Source: Myxococcota bacterium
GTDB lineage: Bacteria; Myxococcota_A; SURF-8
Reading direction: 5' to 3'
Assembly (NCBI GenBank): GCA_965140415.1
Contig: OZ223209.1
Location: 128,001 to 192,000, forward strand
Length of the DNA stretch: 64,000 nt
Shown here: piece by piece, positions 1 through 8,373 of the stretch
How positions within the stretch are numbered: position 1 is the first letter of the stretch
Layout of the letters: each line of letters starts with the position of its first letter
Translations under genes and position numbers: made by a program
Notes under the pieces: model-generated
The model's database searches: none
Told to the model about the DNA's origin: nothing
What the model saw: the letters and a program-made list of their open reading frames with translations, nothing else

Positions 1-2097
1 CAAGTGGATGGCGACGCCGATCCCGAAATCGATGCTGATCCCGATTTCAATGTAGACGGCGATTACCACGAAATCGAATGGAATGAACTGCCGCTGTGCG
101 ACTGCTTTACAACCGACGACTGCTGCGACGGTTGCTGGCCGATCAACGAAGGCGGTTCCTGCAACGACGGAAACCCGGATACGGAAGCCGACACCTGTTC
201 CGCAGGATTGTGTACCGGTTGCGATCCCGCCATCGGCGAGGTCAACCACGTCGCCGAAGCAGGTGGCTCTCCGATGGGTCTGGCCTTATCCGGCAACTTG
301 ATGTACGGCTCGACCTGGCTGGGTACCGGCGGCTTTATCGCCAATATCGCCAATGTGGAACACCCCTATCTGGTATCCTCTCTGAAACCGGATCCGATTT
401 CTACAACCAGCTTTAATGGTTCGGGAATCAAGGTTTACGATAATCGAGCTTACCTGATGGGCAGTTACAACGGCATTTACATTTTCGACGTCAGCGATCC
501 GACCGCTCCCGTGCAGACCAGCCGCTTGCGGCGCTCCATCGAAGGCAGCGGCTACGTGCCCTATCACGATGTGATTAAGGTTGGAGACATTCACTATTTC
601 GCCTCTGCACAGGAATGTATCGATATCTGGGACATCGACGATGAGGGCAATGCAGAACATCTCGTTCAGTTCACAAACGACGAAGCGAATCCGTATTGCT
701 CCGTAACGCGCCTGATGCTGGAAAACAACAAGCTGTATGCGGCGGCAGGAAATCTCGGTTTCCTCATTGTGGATGTCAGCGATCCGGAGACACCAACGAA
801 GCTGGATGCTTACACGCAGCCGGTACCGGATGAAAACTTTGAATATTACGACGCCAATGGGTTCGACAAAATTGGCGACACCGTTTTTGTAACGTATGAC
901 GAGCTGGGTTTACTGGCCCTGAACGTTGCCGATCCCTCCAACATCACCGAATTGGGCCGCCTGGCGCTTACCGGTTATGGCCAGCAGGTCAAAATCGTCG
1001 GTACAACGGCATTCGTAGCCATCCGCGACATTCAGACCGTCGGCAAGATCCGCATCGTGGATATTTCCGATCCCGCCAACATGTCGATACAGGCCACCAT
1101 CGTGTTACAAGATCAACCGAAGGATCTGTGGATCAGAAACAATCGCCTATTCGTTGCCGATACCCAGGCGGGTGTGAAAATTTACAACATCGAAACGCTC
1201 ACTGCACCGGTTCAGCTCGGCATGTTCTCCATACCCAACCACAGTAACGCCATCGCGGCAGCCGCCAAAGACAAAGTATACGTGGGCGGCGTCAACAACT
1301 GGATCTGGGGCATGGACCTGTCCAATCCGGCACGCGCCACAACCTTTGCCGCGTATTTAACCAACGGTGATATCGCCGACATCATAACCCTGGGTAACCA
1401 TTTATATGTCGGTACTTCCGGCGGCATTAACGTCTTACAAGCCAGCGCTCAGGCGATTACCAGCGTGCAGAACGTCGGATTGGGCGACAATATCGAGCGC
1501 ATGCAGTTGCAATTCCCGTACCTGTACGTTGCGGTTGCCAACGCCGGTTTCGCGATTTTGGAATTCATGAACGACAGCGTGGTTCCTACACTACGCGCCA
1601 GTGAAGATCTGGGCAACGTTCGCATCGAATCGGTTGCCGTAGCCAACGACGTTCTATTCGCTTGCAGTACCTCCGGCAGTGCAATTCAGGCTTATGACAT
1701 CAGCGATCTAAGCGACCTGCAAAGTGTGGGATCACTCTGGTATAGCTGCCGAGATCTGGCAACGGTCGCCGGTCAGGATATTCTCTATATCGCGGAGGGG
1801 GTTTCAGGCTTGCGGGTGCTGGATGTCAGTGATGCATCTTCTCCCGTGGCGGGCTTATTGGATAGCGGCATCACCGCCGAACGCCTGACGATTTCCGGTG
1901 GCCGTTTGTACGTCTCCGGTGGTAGCGATGTGGTGATCTACGATATTTCCGAAACTCCTTTGAACCCGACGAAACTGGATACGATTCCCATGGGCGTTGC
2001 CAGCGTCTACGATTTCGCGCAGTACGGCAACCACGGTTTTGTCGCTTGCGGTTCGGACGGACTCAAAGAAGTCAACCTGAACGTCTGTTACGAATAA
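1..2097 (+). CDS. LVIVD-repeat beta-propeller exported protein with acidic DGD linker and Cys-rich module (5' partial)
   Basis: Frame is open from base 1. Many LVIVD-type repeats (GIYIFDVSDPTAP, GFLIVDVSDPETP, IRIVDISDPANM, GLRVLDVSDASSP). N-terminal DGD-rich stretch and a CNDGNPDTEADTCSAGLC module. Confidence 0.8.
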   Translation, partial: QVDGDADPEIDADPDFNVDGDYHEIEWNELPLCDCFTTDDCCDGCWPINEGGSCNDGNPDTEADTCSAGLCTGCDPAIGEVNHVAEAGGSPMGLALSGNLMYGSTWLGTGGFIANIANVEHPYLVSSLKPDPISTTSFNGSGIKVYDNRAYLMGSYNGIYIFDVSDPTAPVQTSRLRRSIEGSGYVPYHDVIKVGDIHYFASAQECIDIWDIDDEGNAEHLVQFTNDEANPYCSVTRLMLENNKLYAAAGNLGFLIVDVSDPETPTKLDAYTQPVPDENFEYYDANGFDKIGDTVFVTYDELGLLALNVADPSNITELGRLALTGYGQQVKIVGTTAFVAIRDIQTVGKIRIVDISDPANMSIQATIVLQDQPKDLWIRNNRLFVADTQAGVKIYNIETLTAPVQLGMFSIPNHSNAIAAAAKDKVYVGGVNNWIWGMDLSNPARATTFAAYLTNGDIADIITLGNHLYVGTSGGINVLQASAQAITSVQNVGLGDNIERMQLQFPYLYVAVANAGFAILEFMNDSVVPTLRASEDLGNVRIESVAVANDVLFACSTSGSAIQAYDISDLSDLQSVGSLWYSCRDLATVAGQDILYIAEGVSGLRVLDVSDASSPVAGLLDSGITAERLTISGGRLYVSGGSDVVIYDISETPLNPTKLDTIPMGVASVYDFAQYGNHGFVACGSDGLKEVNLNVCYE

Positions 2098-2126
2098 CCG
2101 AACTTTTTGGTTCTTGTGTGATTTCC

Positions 2127-2156
2127 GATAGAGCAGGGCTTTTGTCCTGCTCTATC
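2127..2156. terminator. Perfect 11-bp hairpin, terminator or REP-like
   Basis: GATAGAGCAGG-N8-CCTGCTCTATC lies just downstream of the LVIVD gene stop. No U-tract follows. Confidence 0.4.
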
Positions 2157-2295
2157 ATGTTTATGATAGTGAAACAAGAAAGATTGAAGTCTTATAGGAG
2201 CTGCTATCCACCAAAAGAGTTGCTCATTTTCTCTCTTGGCAGTAGCATAGCCTCAGAAGAAAAATGGATGTGGCTGGATATTAAAAGGGGCTGTT

Positions 2296-3546
2296 GTGGT
2301 CGAAGTCGCAAAAAATGTGGAACAGAAGAAAGATGACTTCCAGGCCGAAGCGGTGGATCTGTTCGCCTCGGTCGGTCTGATGCTGGATCTGGAACACAAC
2401 CTGCAACTCTATCACTCCTGGCGTGTGGCGGCGGTCGGCTATCATCTGGCCAATCGTGTTTCTTCCTTCGAAGCTCCCCTGATTTTCCTGGCCGGTCTGC
2501 TTGCAGATTGCGGAGCGGTTCATTTTCCCCGGCACATCGTCCACGAACTGAACGATTATCCCGCGGTCATCGGGCAGAAATCGCTGACTCATCTGTTTTT
2601 TCACCCGGTTGTAGGAAAAGAAGCCTTACGCCATCTTCCCGGTATGCGGCATGTCGCCGATCTCGTCTACTCGCATCACGAGCATATCAACGGCAGCGGA
2701 TATCCGCGCGGACTGTCAGGCGATCAAATTCCCATGGGCGCTCAGATTCTGCGACTGGCGGATCAGTTCGACCTGGTTGTTCGCTCCGATCAGCCGGAGA
2801 ACGTTTCGGAAGTCATTCAGAGCCTGCAACCCTTCGGCGAAGAGGAATTCTCCTCGAACCTGCTTAACGTACTTAAGGATTTGCTGAACGGCGAGCTGAG
2901 TTATGAACGGATGCTGCTGCCTGAGAAGATCGGTCAAGAGGTTCACCGGATCTGCCATTCGCTCAAAGGGCTGCAACTCTTCTCCGGCTATGAAGACTGG
3001 GACTGCGCTTTCGAAGCCATCGGGCGTATGATCGATCGTCGCAATGAATTGTACACGCGCGGTCATTCTCGCGAAGTCGCTCTGCTTGCCGAACGCATTG
3101 CACAACCTTTAAGGCTGGATGATTCCACCCTCCGGACGCTACGCTGGTCGGCTTACTTGCAGAATATGGGGGAAGTGTCGCTGCGCAGTGTGCTGCTTGA
3201 AAAAAAGGAACCGCTAAACGAACAGGAAAAGCGCTGGATTCGCTACCATCCCGTCGTCGGGCACGATCTGATCAGCCGAGTGGTCGGTATGAAACACATC
3301 GCAACCGTCGTGCGCCACCATCATGAAAACTTCGATGGCTCCGGCTATCCGGAAGGTTTGAACGGAGAAAAGATTCCGCTCGCGTCGCGTATTCTGCGAG
3401 TGGCGGACACCTTCACCGCCATGACCTCCGAGCGTCCCTATCATCGCAAGCGGGAGTGGAAAACCGCCTTGAAGGAATTGCGCAAGCAATCCGGTAGACT
3501 TTTCGATCCGCAAATCGTCGAAGCCGCTTTAAGCGTCCTGTCCTAG
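2296..3546 (+). CDS. Tandem HD-GYP domain protein, both HD dyads degenerate
   Basis: Two HHE-x-x-(N/D)GSGYP motifs (HHEHINGSGYP, HHENFDGSGYP), two HS-x-x-V motifs and two IP..A.IL..AD motifs. The HD position reads LADCG and LQNMG. Confidence 0.85.
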   Translation: MVEVAKNVEQKKDDFQAEAVDLFASVGLMLDLEHNLQLYHSWRVAAVGYHLANRVSSFEAPLIFLAGLLADCGAVHFPRHIVHELNDYPAVIGQKSLTHLFFHPVVGKEALRHLPGMRHVADLVYSHHEHINGSGYPRGLSGDQIPMGAQILRLADQFDLVVRSDQPENVSEVIQSLQPFGEEEFSSNLLNVLKDLLNGELSYERMLLPEKIGQEVHRICHSLKGLQLFSGYEDWDCAFEAIGRMIDRRNELYTRGHSREVALLAERIAQPLRLDDSTLRTLRWSAYLQNMGEVSLRSVLLEKKEPLNEQEKRWIRYHPVVGHDLISRVVGMKHIATVVRHHHENFDGSGYPEGLNGEKIPLASRILRVADTFTAMTSERPYHRKREWKTALKELRKQSGRLFDPQIVEAALSVLS

Positions 3547-3573
3547 GAATCTTCTTTTTCCAATGTTACCCTG

Positions 3574-3633
3574 GATCGATCGGGATTGCATCCCGGTCGT
3601 AACGTTTCATCAGGATACAATCCTGATCCATCG
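3574..3633. repeat. Inverted pair of palindromic units (REPIN-like)
   Basis: GATCGATCGGGATTGCATCCCGGT and the reverse complement of ATCAGGATACAATCCTGATCCATC match at 19 of 24 positions. Each arm is itself palindromic. Confidence 0.55.
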
Positions 3634-3692
3634 TGTGGATATTGCTATACCGGTTCTGAATCAATTTTAGCGATTCGTTCTATTGATTTCCC

Positions 3693-3759
3693 GTAGCGGC
3701 GGAGCGTAAGCCCGCCGTTATTATTCGAGTTACTCGGCGGGTTTACGCCTCGCCGCTAC
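3693..3759. repeat. GTAG-type REP doublet (REPIN)
   Basis: GTAGCGGCGGAGCGTAAGCCCGCCG, a 17-nt spacer, then CGGCGGGTTTACGCCTCGCCGCTAC (inverted copy). A related unit is at 12090. Confidence 0.75.
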
Positions 3760-3802
3760 AAGAAGACATTGCTAATAATGAATATTGATAAAGAAATGTG
3801 TT

Positions 3803-4879
3803 TTACACCTGGTCGAGGCGCTGTTGGACCTGCTCCAGCCTGGCTTGAATGACCGCCTCGCCCGGCTGCATGGATAGAGCCAGGGTCAAGTTCATTTTCG
3901 CGCTCTTCAAATCGCCCTGATTCAGGGCATTGACACCCAGCTTGAAGAATTTCTTGGCTTGCGGGTTTTTGATTGCCGACTCTTCCAGCTTGGGACCATC
4001 CTGTGTGCGCTGCTTTTGCAGCAGGCGCATCCCCTCACCGGAACGCAACTGTTCATCGTAAGCCGAACGCTTTTCCGGATCGCACAACACCTGGTAGCCT
4101 TCGCTCATGCGCTTGAACAGGCTGGCCGCCCGTTCTTTGAGCGTACCGTTTTTCGCCAGAACGAAACGGTCCGGATGATACAAGCGGGCCAGGGCGAAAT
4201 AGCTTTTCTTGATCGCTCCCAGTTTGGCTTCGGGATCGATATCGAGCAGATCATAATAAGTCAGATTTTCCAAGTCGTGAGTGCGATCCAGGATAAACGC
4301 AATCCCCTGCTCGCCTACAATACCCAGATCATCCTCTTCAAGGGTTCCCAGTTGTTGCTGAACGACGGCGGCATCGTATACCGGCGCACTCTTCTTCGGG
4401 GGGTCAGGTTTTACCTCCGCTTTTTCGACAACCGGTGTTTCCGGAGGTGCGGAAACGACCTCGGGTTGCTGCCCTGCCTGTTTTTTCTCTCGCTGCTGCT
4501 GAATCAACTCATCCACCAGCGTTTTCACTTTGACAATCAGTCGTTGTGGCGTTAACGGCAGTTGCGCCAGATCGTCCGCACCCATACGCTGTGCGGTGTC
4601 GCGTCCCAGCAACTCTTCATCCAGATCTTCGCCCAACAGCAGAATTTTCGCCGCCTGACCAGCCACATCGCTGCGCAGTTTCCGGCATAAATCGCTGCCG
4701 TACCCATCCGGCAGTTGTGCGCAAACGAGGATAATCAACGGTTTTGGTTTGGCTTGGGAAAACGCCTGAAGGGCTGTTTGCACACCATCGGCAAACGTAA
4801 GAGAAAAAGCCCTGGACATTGCCTGGGTCACCAACGCCTGTCGCTGTGCATCCGGATCCACAACCAGAGTGGGAATCAC
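3803..4879 (-). CDS. Pseudo-receiver + J-domain (DnaJ-type) + C-terminal TPR-like protein
   Basis: N-terminal REC fold (TLVVDPD...LILVCAQLPDGYG...MGADD). J domain TYYDLLDI...IKKSYFALARLYHPDRF...YQVLCDPEKRSAYD with intact HPD. C-terminal TPR-like helix pair. Confidence 0.85.
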   Translation of the reverse strand: MIPTLVVDPDAQRQALVTQAMSRAFSLTFADGVQTALQAFSQAKPKPLIILVCAQLPDGYGSDLCRKLRSDVAGQAAKILLLGEDLDEELLGRDTAQRMGADDLAQLPLTPQRLIVKVKTLVDELIQQQREKKQAGQQPEVVSAPPETPVVEKAEVKPDPPKKSAPVYDAAVVQQQLGTLEEDDLGIVGEQGIAFILDRTHDLENLTYYDLLDIDPEAKLGAIKKSYFALARLYHPDRFVLAKNGTLKERAASLFKRMSEGYQVLCDPEKRSAYDEQLRSGEGMRLLQKQRTQDGPKLEESAIKNPQAKKFFKLGVNALNQGDLKSAKMNLTLALSMQPGEAVIQARLEQVQQRLDQV

Positions 4880-4894
4880 AAATCTACCCCTTTA

Positions 4895-6556
4895 TTATTG
4901 ATCGTTTGTGGAAGTCGGTTCGGCAGGTTCTTCCTCTATCACAACGTTTTCAGCGGATTCCGGAAGCTGGGCATCGGTGGCTTCGTCTTCCAGACCGCTT
5001 TCATCCGTGGTGCCATGCAGATCGATACGAGCCTGGTTAGCCACACCGGTGCGTAGATCCTTTGCAGAAACCTGAATGATTCCGTTGCTATCCAGCTCGA
5101 AATTCACTTCGATCTCCACTTCGCCGCGCTTGGCGTCGGGGTCCAATCCAGTCAATTCCAGAATACCGATAAGCTCGTTTTCTTCCTCACGAACACCCTC
5201 TCCCTGATATACGCGCAAACGCACGATTTCCTGACCGTCGTGCGAGGTGGTGAACATGCGCGTTCGTTCGGTGGGAATCGGCGTATTGCGCTCGATGATC
5301 GGCTCTACGCGTCCACCGACTGTAGCCACACCCAAAGACAAGGAAGTGACATCCAACAGCACGGCGTCCTGTACGACTTCACCCGGCTGAGCGCCACCGG
5401 ATGCGCCGCTACGGGCACGCCTGGAAAGAATCGAGCCTTGAATGGCCGCACCCAGCGCCACCACTTCCTCCGGGTTGACTCCCCAGAAGGGTTTGCGCCC
5501 GAAGTAGTCTTCGACCATCTGGCGCACCAGCGGAATGTGAGTCGTACCACCGACCAGCACGATATTCTCGATTTCGGAGGCATGCGTTTTGGCCAGTTTC
5601 AGCGCTTCGTCGCAGATCACGAAACTGCGCTGGATGATCTCCTGGGTAATGGCGTTGAAATTGCTGCGGGAAAGTCCCACGTTCAGGTCGATAACACCCT
5701 GTTCGGTAGTGATCAGCGAGGGGATCTGGATATTGACTTCCTCTTCGGTGCTCAACTGACGCTTGGCTTTTTCCGATTCGTAGCGCACCCGCAATAGGGC
5801 GATCGGATCCTGCCGCAAGTCGATGTTGTAGTGCTTGCGATAGGAATTGACGATCATACGCACGATGCGCTCGTCGATGTCATCACCGCCCAAGAAAGTA
5901 TCGCCCGCCGTCGAAATGACCTCGAAGACGTCGTCACGGATATCCAATGTCGTTACATCGAAGGTACCGCCACCGAAATCGTACACGGCGATGCGCTGGT
6001 CGAAGGACTGTCCGAAACCGTAAGCAAGCGCCGCTGCCGTCGGTTCGTTGATCACCTTCAACACATCCAGACCCGCAGCGATGCCCGCCTGTTTGGTGGC
6101 GTTGCGTTGCACGTCGTTGAAGTTGGCTGGAACCGTAATGACTGCGCGATAGACACTTTCACCCAGATATTCTTCGGCAATGGCTTTCATGCGTTTGAGA
6201 ACCAGCGAAGCGATATCCACCATGGTGAACTGCTGTCCGAAGACTTCCACCTGCACGGCGGAATTGCTTCCTTCAGTCAGCTTATAGGGTGCAAGGTTCA
6301 ATAAGGTCTGAACTTCCGAAGAAGAAAAAGGCCGTCCGATCATACGCTTGGAGGAATAAACGGTGTTGTGCGGGTTGTAGATCATCTGCTCCCGCGCTTC
6401 GTTACCTACAATGCGCCGACCATCCGGGAAAAACGAGACGATCGAAGCTTGTGTGCGTGCGCCGTCGCGGTCCGGAATCACAATCGCGTTTTCATCCTCC
6501 ACAACCGCAACACAGGAATTGGAGGTTCCCAAGTCGATGCCGAGAACACGTTCCAT
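4895..6556 (-). CDS. Hsp70/DnaK-family chaperone paralog lacking the alpha-helical lid
   Basis: GIDLGTSNS, TVPANFNDVQR, INEPTAAALAYG and YDFGGGTFDV motifs, linker VLLDVT and SBD-beta. Ends at 553 aa in an acidic tail. Confidence 0.92.
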   Translation of the reverse strand: MERVLGIDLGTSNSCVAVVEDENAIVIPDRDGARTQASIVSFFPDGRRIVGNEAREQMIYNPHNTVYSSKRMIGRPFSSSEVQTLLNLAPYKLTEGSNSAVQVEVFGQQFTMVDIASLVLKRMKAIAEEYLGESVYRAVITVPANFNDVQRNATKQAGIAAGLDVLKVINEPTAAALAYGFGQSFDQRIAVYDFGGGTFDVTTLDIRDDVFEVISTAGDTFLGGDDIDERIVRMIVNSYRKHYNIDLRQDPIALLRVRYESEKAKRQLSTEEEVNIQIPSLITTEQGVIDLNVGLSRSNFNAITQEIIQRSFVICDEALKLAKTHASEIENIVLVGGTTHIPLVRQMVEDYFGRKPFWGVNPEEVVALGAAIQGSILSRRARSGASGGAQPGEVVQDAVLLDVTSLSLGVATVGGRVEPIIERNTPIPTERTRMFTTSHDGQEIVRLRVYQGEGVREEENELIGILELTGLDPDAKRGEVEIEVNFELDSNGIIQVSAKDLRTGVANQARIDLHGTTDESGLEDEATDAQLPESAENVVIEEEPAEPTSTNDQ

Positions 6557-6603
6557 CTTTTTCTCCTACCTATAAGCCCGTCGCCTCCAGCCGCCGATTA
6601 CGA

Positions 6604-7161
6604 TTAGACTTCCAGAATTTCTTTTTCTTTGTGATCCGTCAATTCATCGACTTTTTTGATGAACGTGTCGGTGATCTTCTGGACTTCATCCAGGGCGTGA
6701 TGCAACTCGTCTTCAGTGATGTCCTTGTTTTTTTCCGCTTTTTTCAATTTGTCGTTGAAATCGCGGCGAATGTTGCGGATGGCGACCTTGCTTTCTTCGC
6801 TCATCTTTTTCACTTTTCGCGCCAGCTCCTTGCGCCGTTCTTCGTTCAACGGAGGAATCGGCAGGCGCAGCACGTTGCCATCGGAAACCGGATTCAAGCC
6901 CAGATCCGCAGAGGCAATGGCTTTTTCCACGTTCTGTAAAATGCTTTTTTCCCAAGGCTGCACAATGATCAAACGCGCATCGGGAACACTGATAGTCGCC
7001 ACCTGATTCAACGGAGTCGGCACGTTGTAGTAATCCACGCGCACGTTTTCCAATAGCGCCGTCGAGGCTCGCCCGGTGCGTACGCGCGCCAGTTCTTTGC
7101 GATACACATCCAGACTTTTTTCCGCGCCTTCTTCCATCTCCATATAAATTTCATCTAGCAT
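6604..7161 (-). CDS. frr: Ribosome recycling factor
   Basis: RTGRAS, VDYY..PTPLNQVA and PPLNEERRKEL..AIRNIRRD motifs; 185 aa. Confidence 0.97.
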   Translation of the reverse strand: MLDEIYMEMEEGAEKSLDVYRKELARVRTGRASTALLENVRVDYYNVPTPLNQVATISVPDARLIIVQPWEKSILQNVEKAIASADLGLNPVSDGNVLRLPIPPLNEERRKELARKVKKMSEESKVAIRNIRRDFNDKLKKAEKNKDITEDELHHALDEVQKITDTFIKKVDELTDHKEKEILEV

Positions 7162-7337
7162 GATACTCTCCTTGCCCTGAATCCATGACTCTTGGGATCG
7201 TTTTGTTCTTCCTCAAAAATGGGAGACCTTCATTATCTCACAGCCAATAAGCCTGTCAAGCTTTCCCCCGTTGCCAACAACCGGAATCATCGCTTATTTG
7301 ACACAGGGTCAAAAACGATATTCCCCAAATTCCTCCC

Positions 7338-7967
7338 TTATTTTTGCTGTGGTTGCTTCGCCTGGGTCTTCTCCGCTTCGTTCGGGCTGCGCTCGTTCGT
7401 GAGAACTTCGTATTCTCCGTTTTCAACGGGAAAATCGATCAACAGGGTCGCCATTGTTTTTAGCATGCAGGACTGCAACTGGTTCGCCCGTTGCTGATCC
7501 ACATTGTAAACCTCACTCCCGGTTACGGTGGCCATACCGCCGATCACCTCGAATTCGAAGCGGACGACAACCTCTTCGCTTGTATTATGCTTCTTCAAAC
7601 AGGAATGAATTTTCGGTCGGATTTTCCCGAGTGCCGTGTTGATTGCGCGCACTACCGGTCCGCGCGGCATGTTTTCGATATAGCGAACATCCGTTTTGAG
7701 CGGGGCGACTTTAATGGGCTTTGCAGTGGCGGGAGGATCGGATTTCGTTCCGGTTTCCAGTGTGTCGGCATCTGTTTTTACCGGTGATGGTGCAGGTTGT
7801 GCGGCCTTGGCCGCTCGCTTGTCCTGCCAGGGTTTTGCTGCCGGAACATCGGCGGGTTGACGGCTTGAAATGACGTACCCCAACACCCCACCGGCTCCTA
7901 CGCCGACTACAAACATTAAAATCACTAGCCAGACTGGTACCGGAAGCCAATCCTTCCCGGAATTCAT
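7338..7967 (-). CDS. Membrane-anchored protein with Pro/Ala linker and two-Cys C-terminal domain (AgmX/PglI C-terminal-like)
   Basis: N-terminal TM helix, a Pro/Lys/Ala linker, then IRPKIHSC...VVVRFEF...LQSCM...FP. Start is placed at ATG 7967 after a GGAGG SD. Confidence 0.55.
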   Translation of the reverse strand: MNSGKDWLPVPVWLVILMFVVGVGAGGVLGYVISSRQPADVPAAKPWQDKRAAKAAQPAPSPVKTDADTLETGTKSDPPATAKPIKVAPLKTDVRYIENMPRGPVVRAINTALGKIRPKIHSCLKKHNTSEEVVVRFEFEVIGGMATVTGSEVYNVDQQRANQLQSCMLKTMATLLIDFPVENGEYEVLTNERSPNEAEKTQAKQPQQK

Positions 7968-8232
7968 AGAGTTCCTCCATCCAACCATAATCTTACACAG
8001 TTTACGTTAAGAGGACCGAAATTGGCAACTCTTTTATCTCTCTTCATGGCTAATGAAAATGAATAGTTGTAATATTATGACCTTCATCGCAAGCTTTCGT
8101 TTCCAGGCTTGACCGGATCCGTCGCTTTGCGTAGGATGCGAACATGTTCGGCGCCTCTACCCGCGCCGCTGATTGACCGAACCGTTGATAAAGAGGTGTA
8201 TCGCAAGATATTACGATAAACTTTGAGAAAGG

Positions 8233-8362
8233 GTGCCATGGGCAAAGCAATGAGAAACGGAGCTTGCCCATGTGGCTTTCGAACACGGGCAAGCCTGCGG
8301 CTTAGCCCGCGCCACCCTAAAACCACAAGGGGTTGCAATATTTTGTGATGCACCGTTGCTAA
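8233..8362. repeat. Dispersed REPIN-like element family A, copy 1
   Basis: The reverse complement matches 22546-22647 and 31358-31456 (core GTGGCGCGGGCTAAGCCGCAGGCTTGCCCGTGTTCGA). Confidence 0.85.
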
Positions 8363-8373
8363 GGAGTGCATTC

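Noticed and set aside
8272..8373. N-terminal extension of kce and similar short ORFs (22440-22661, 30863-31558) sharing FEHGQACG / LSRRLARVR peptides
   Set aside because: The similarity comes from translating repeat family A. The real kce start with an SD is at 8374.
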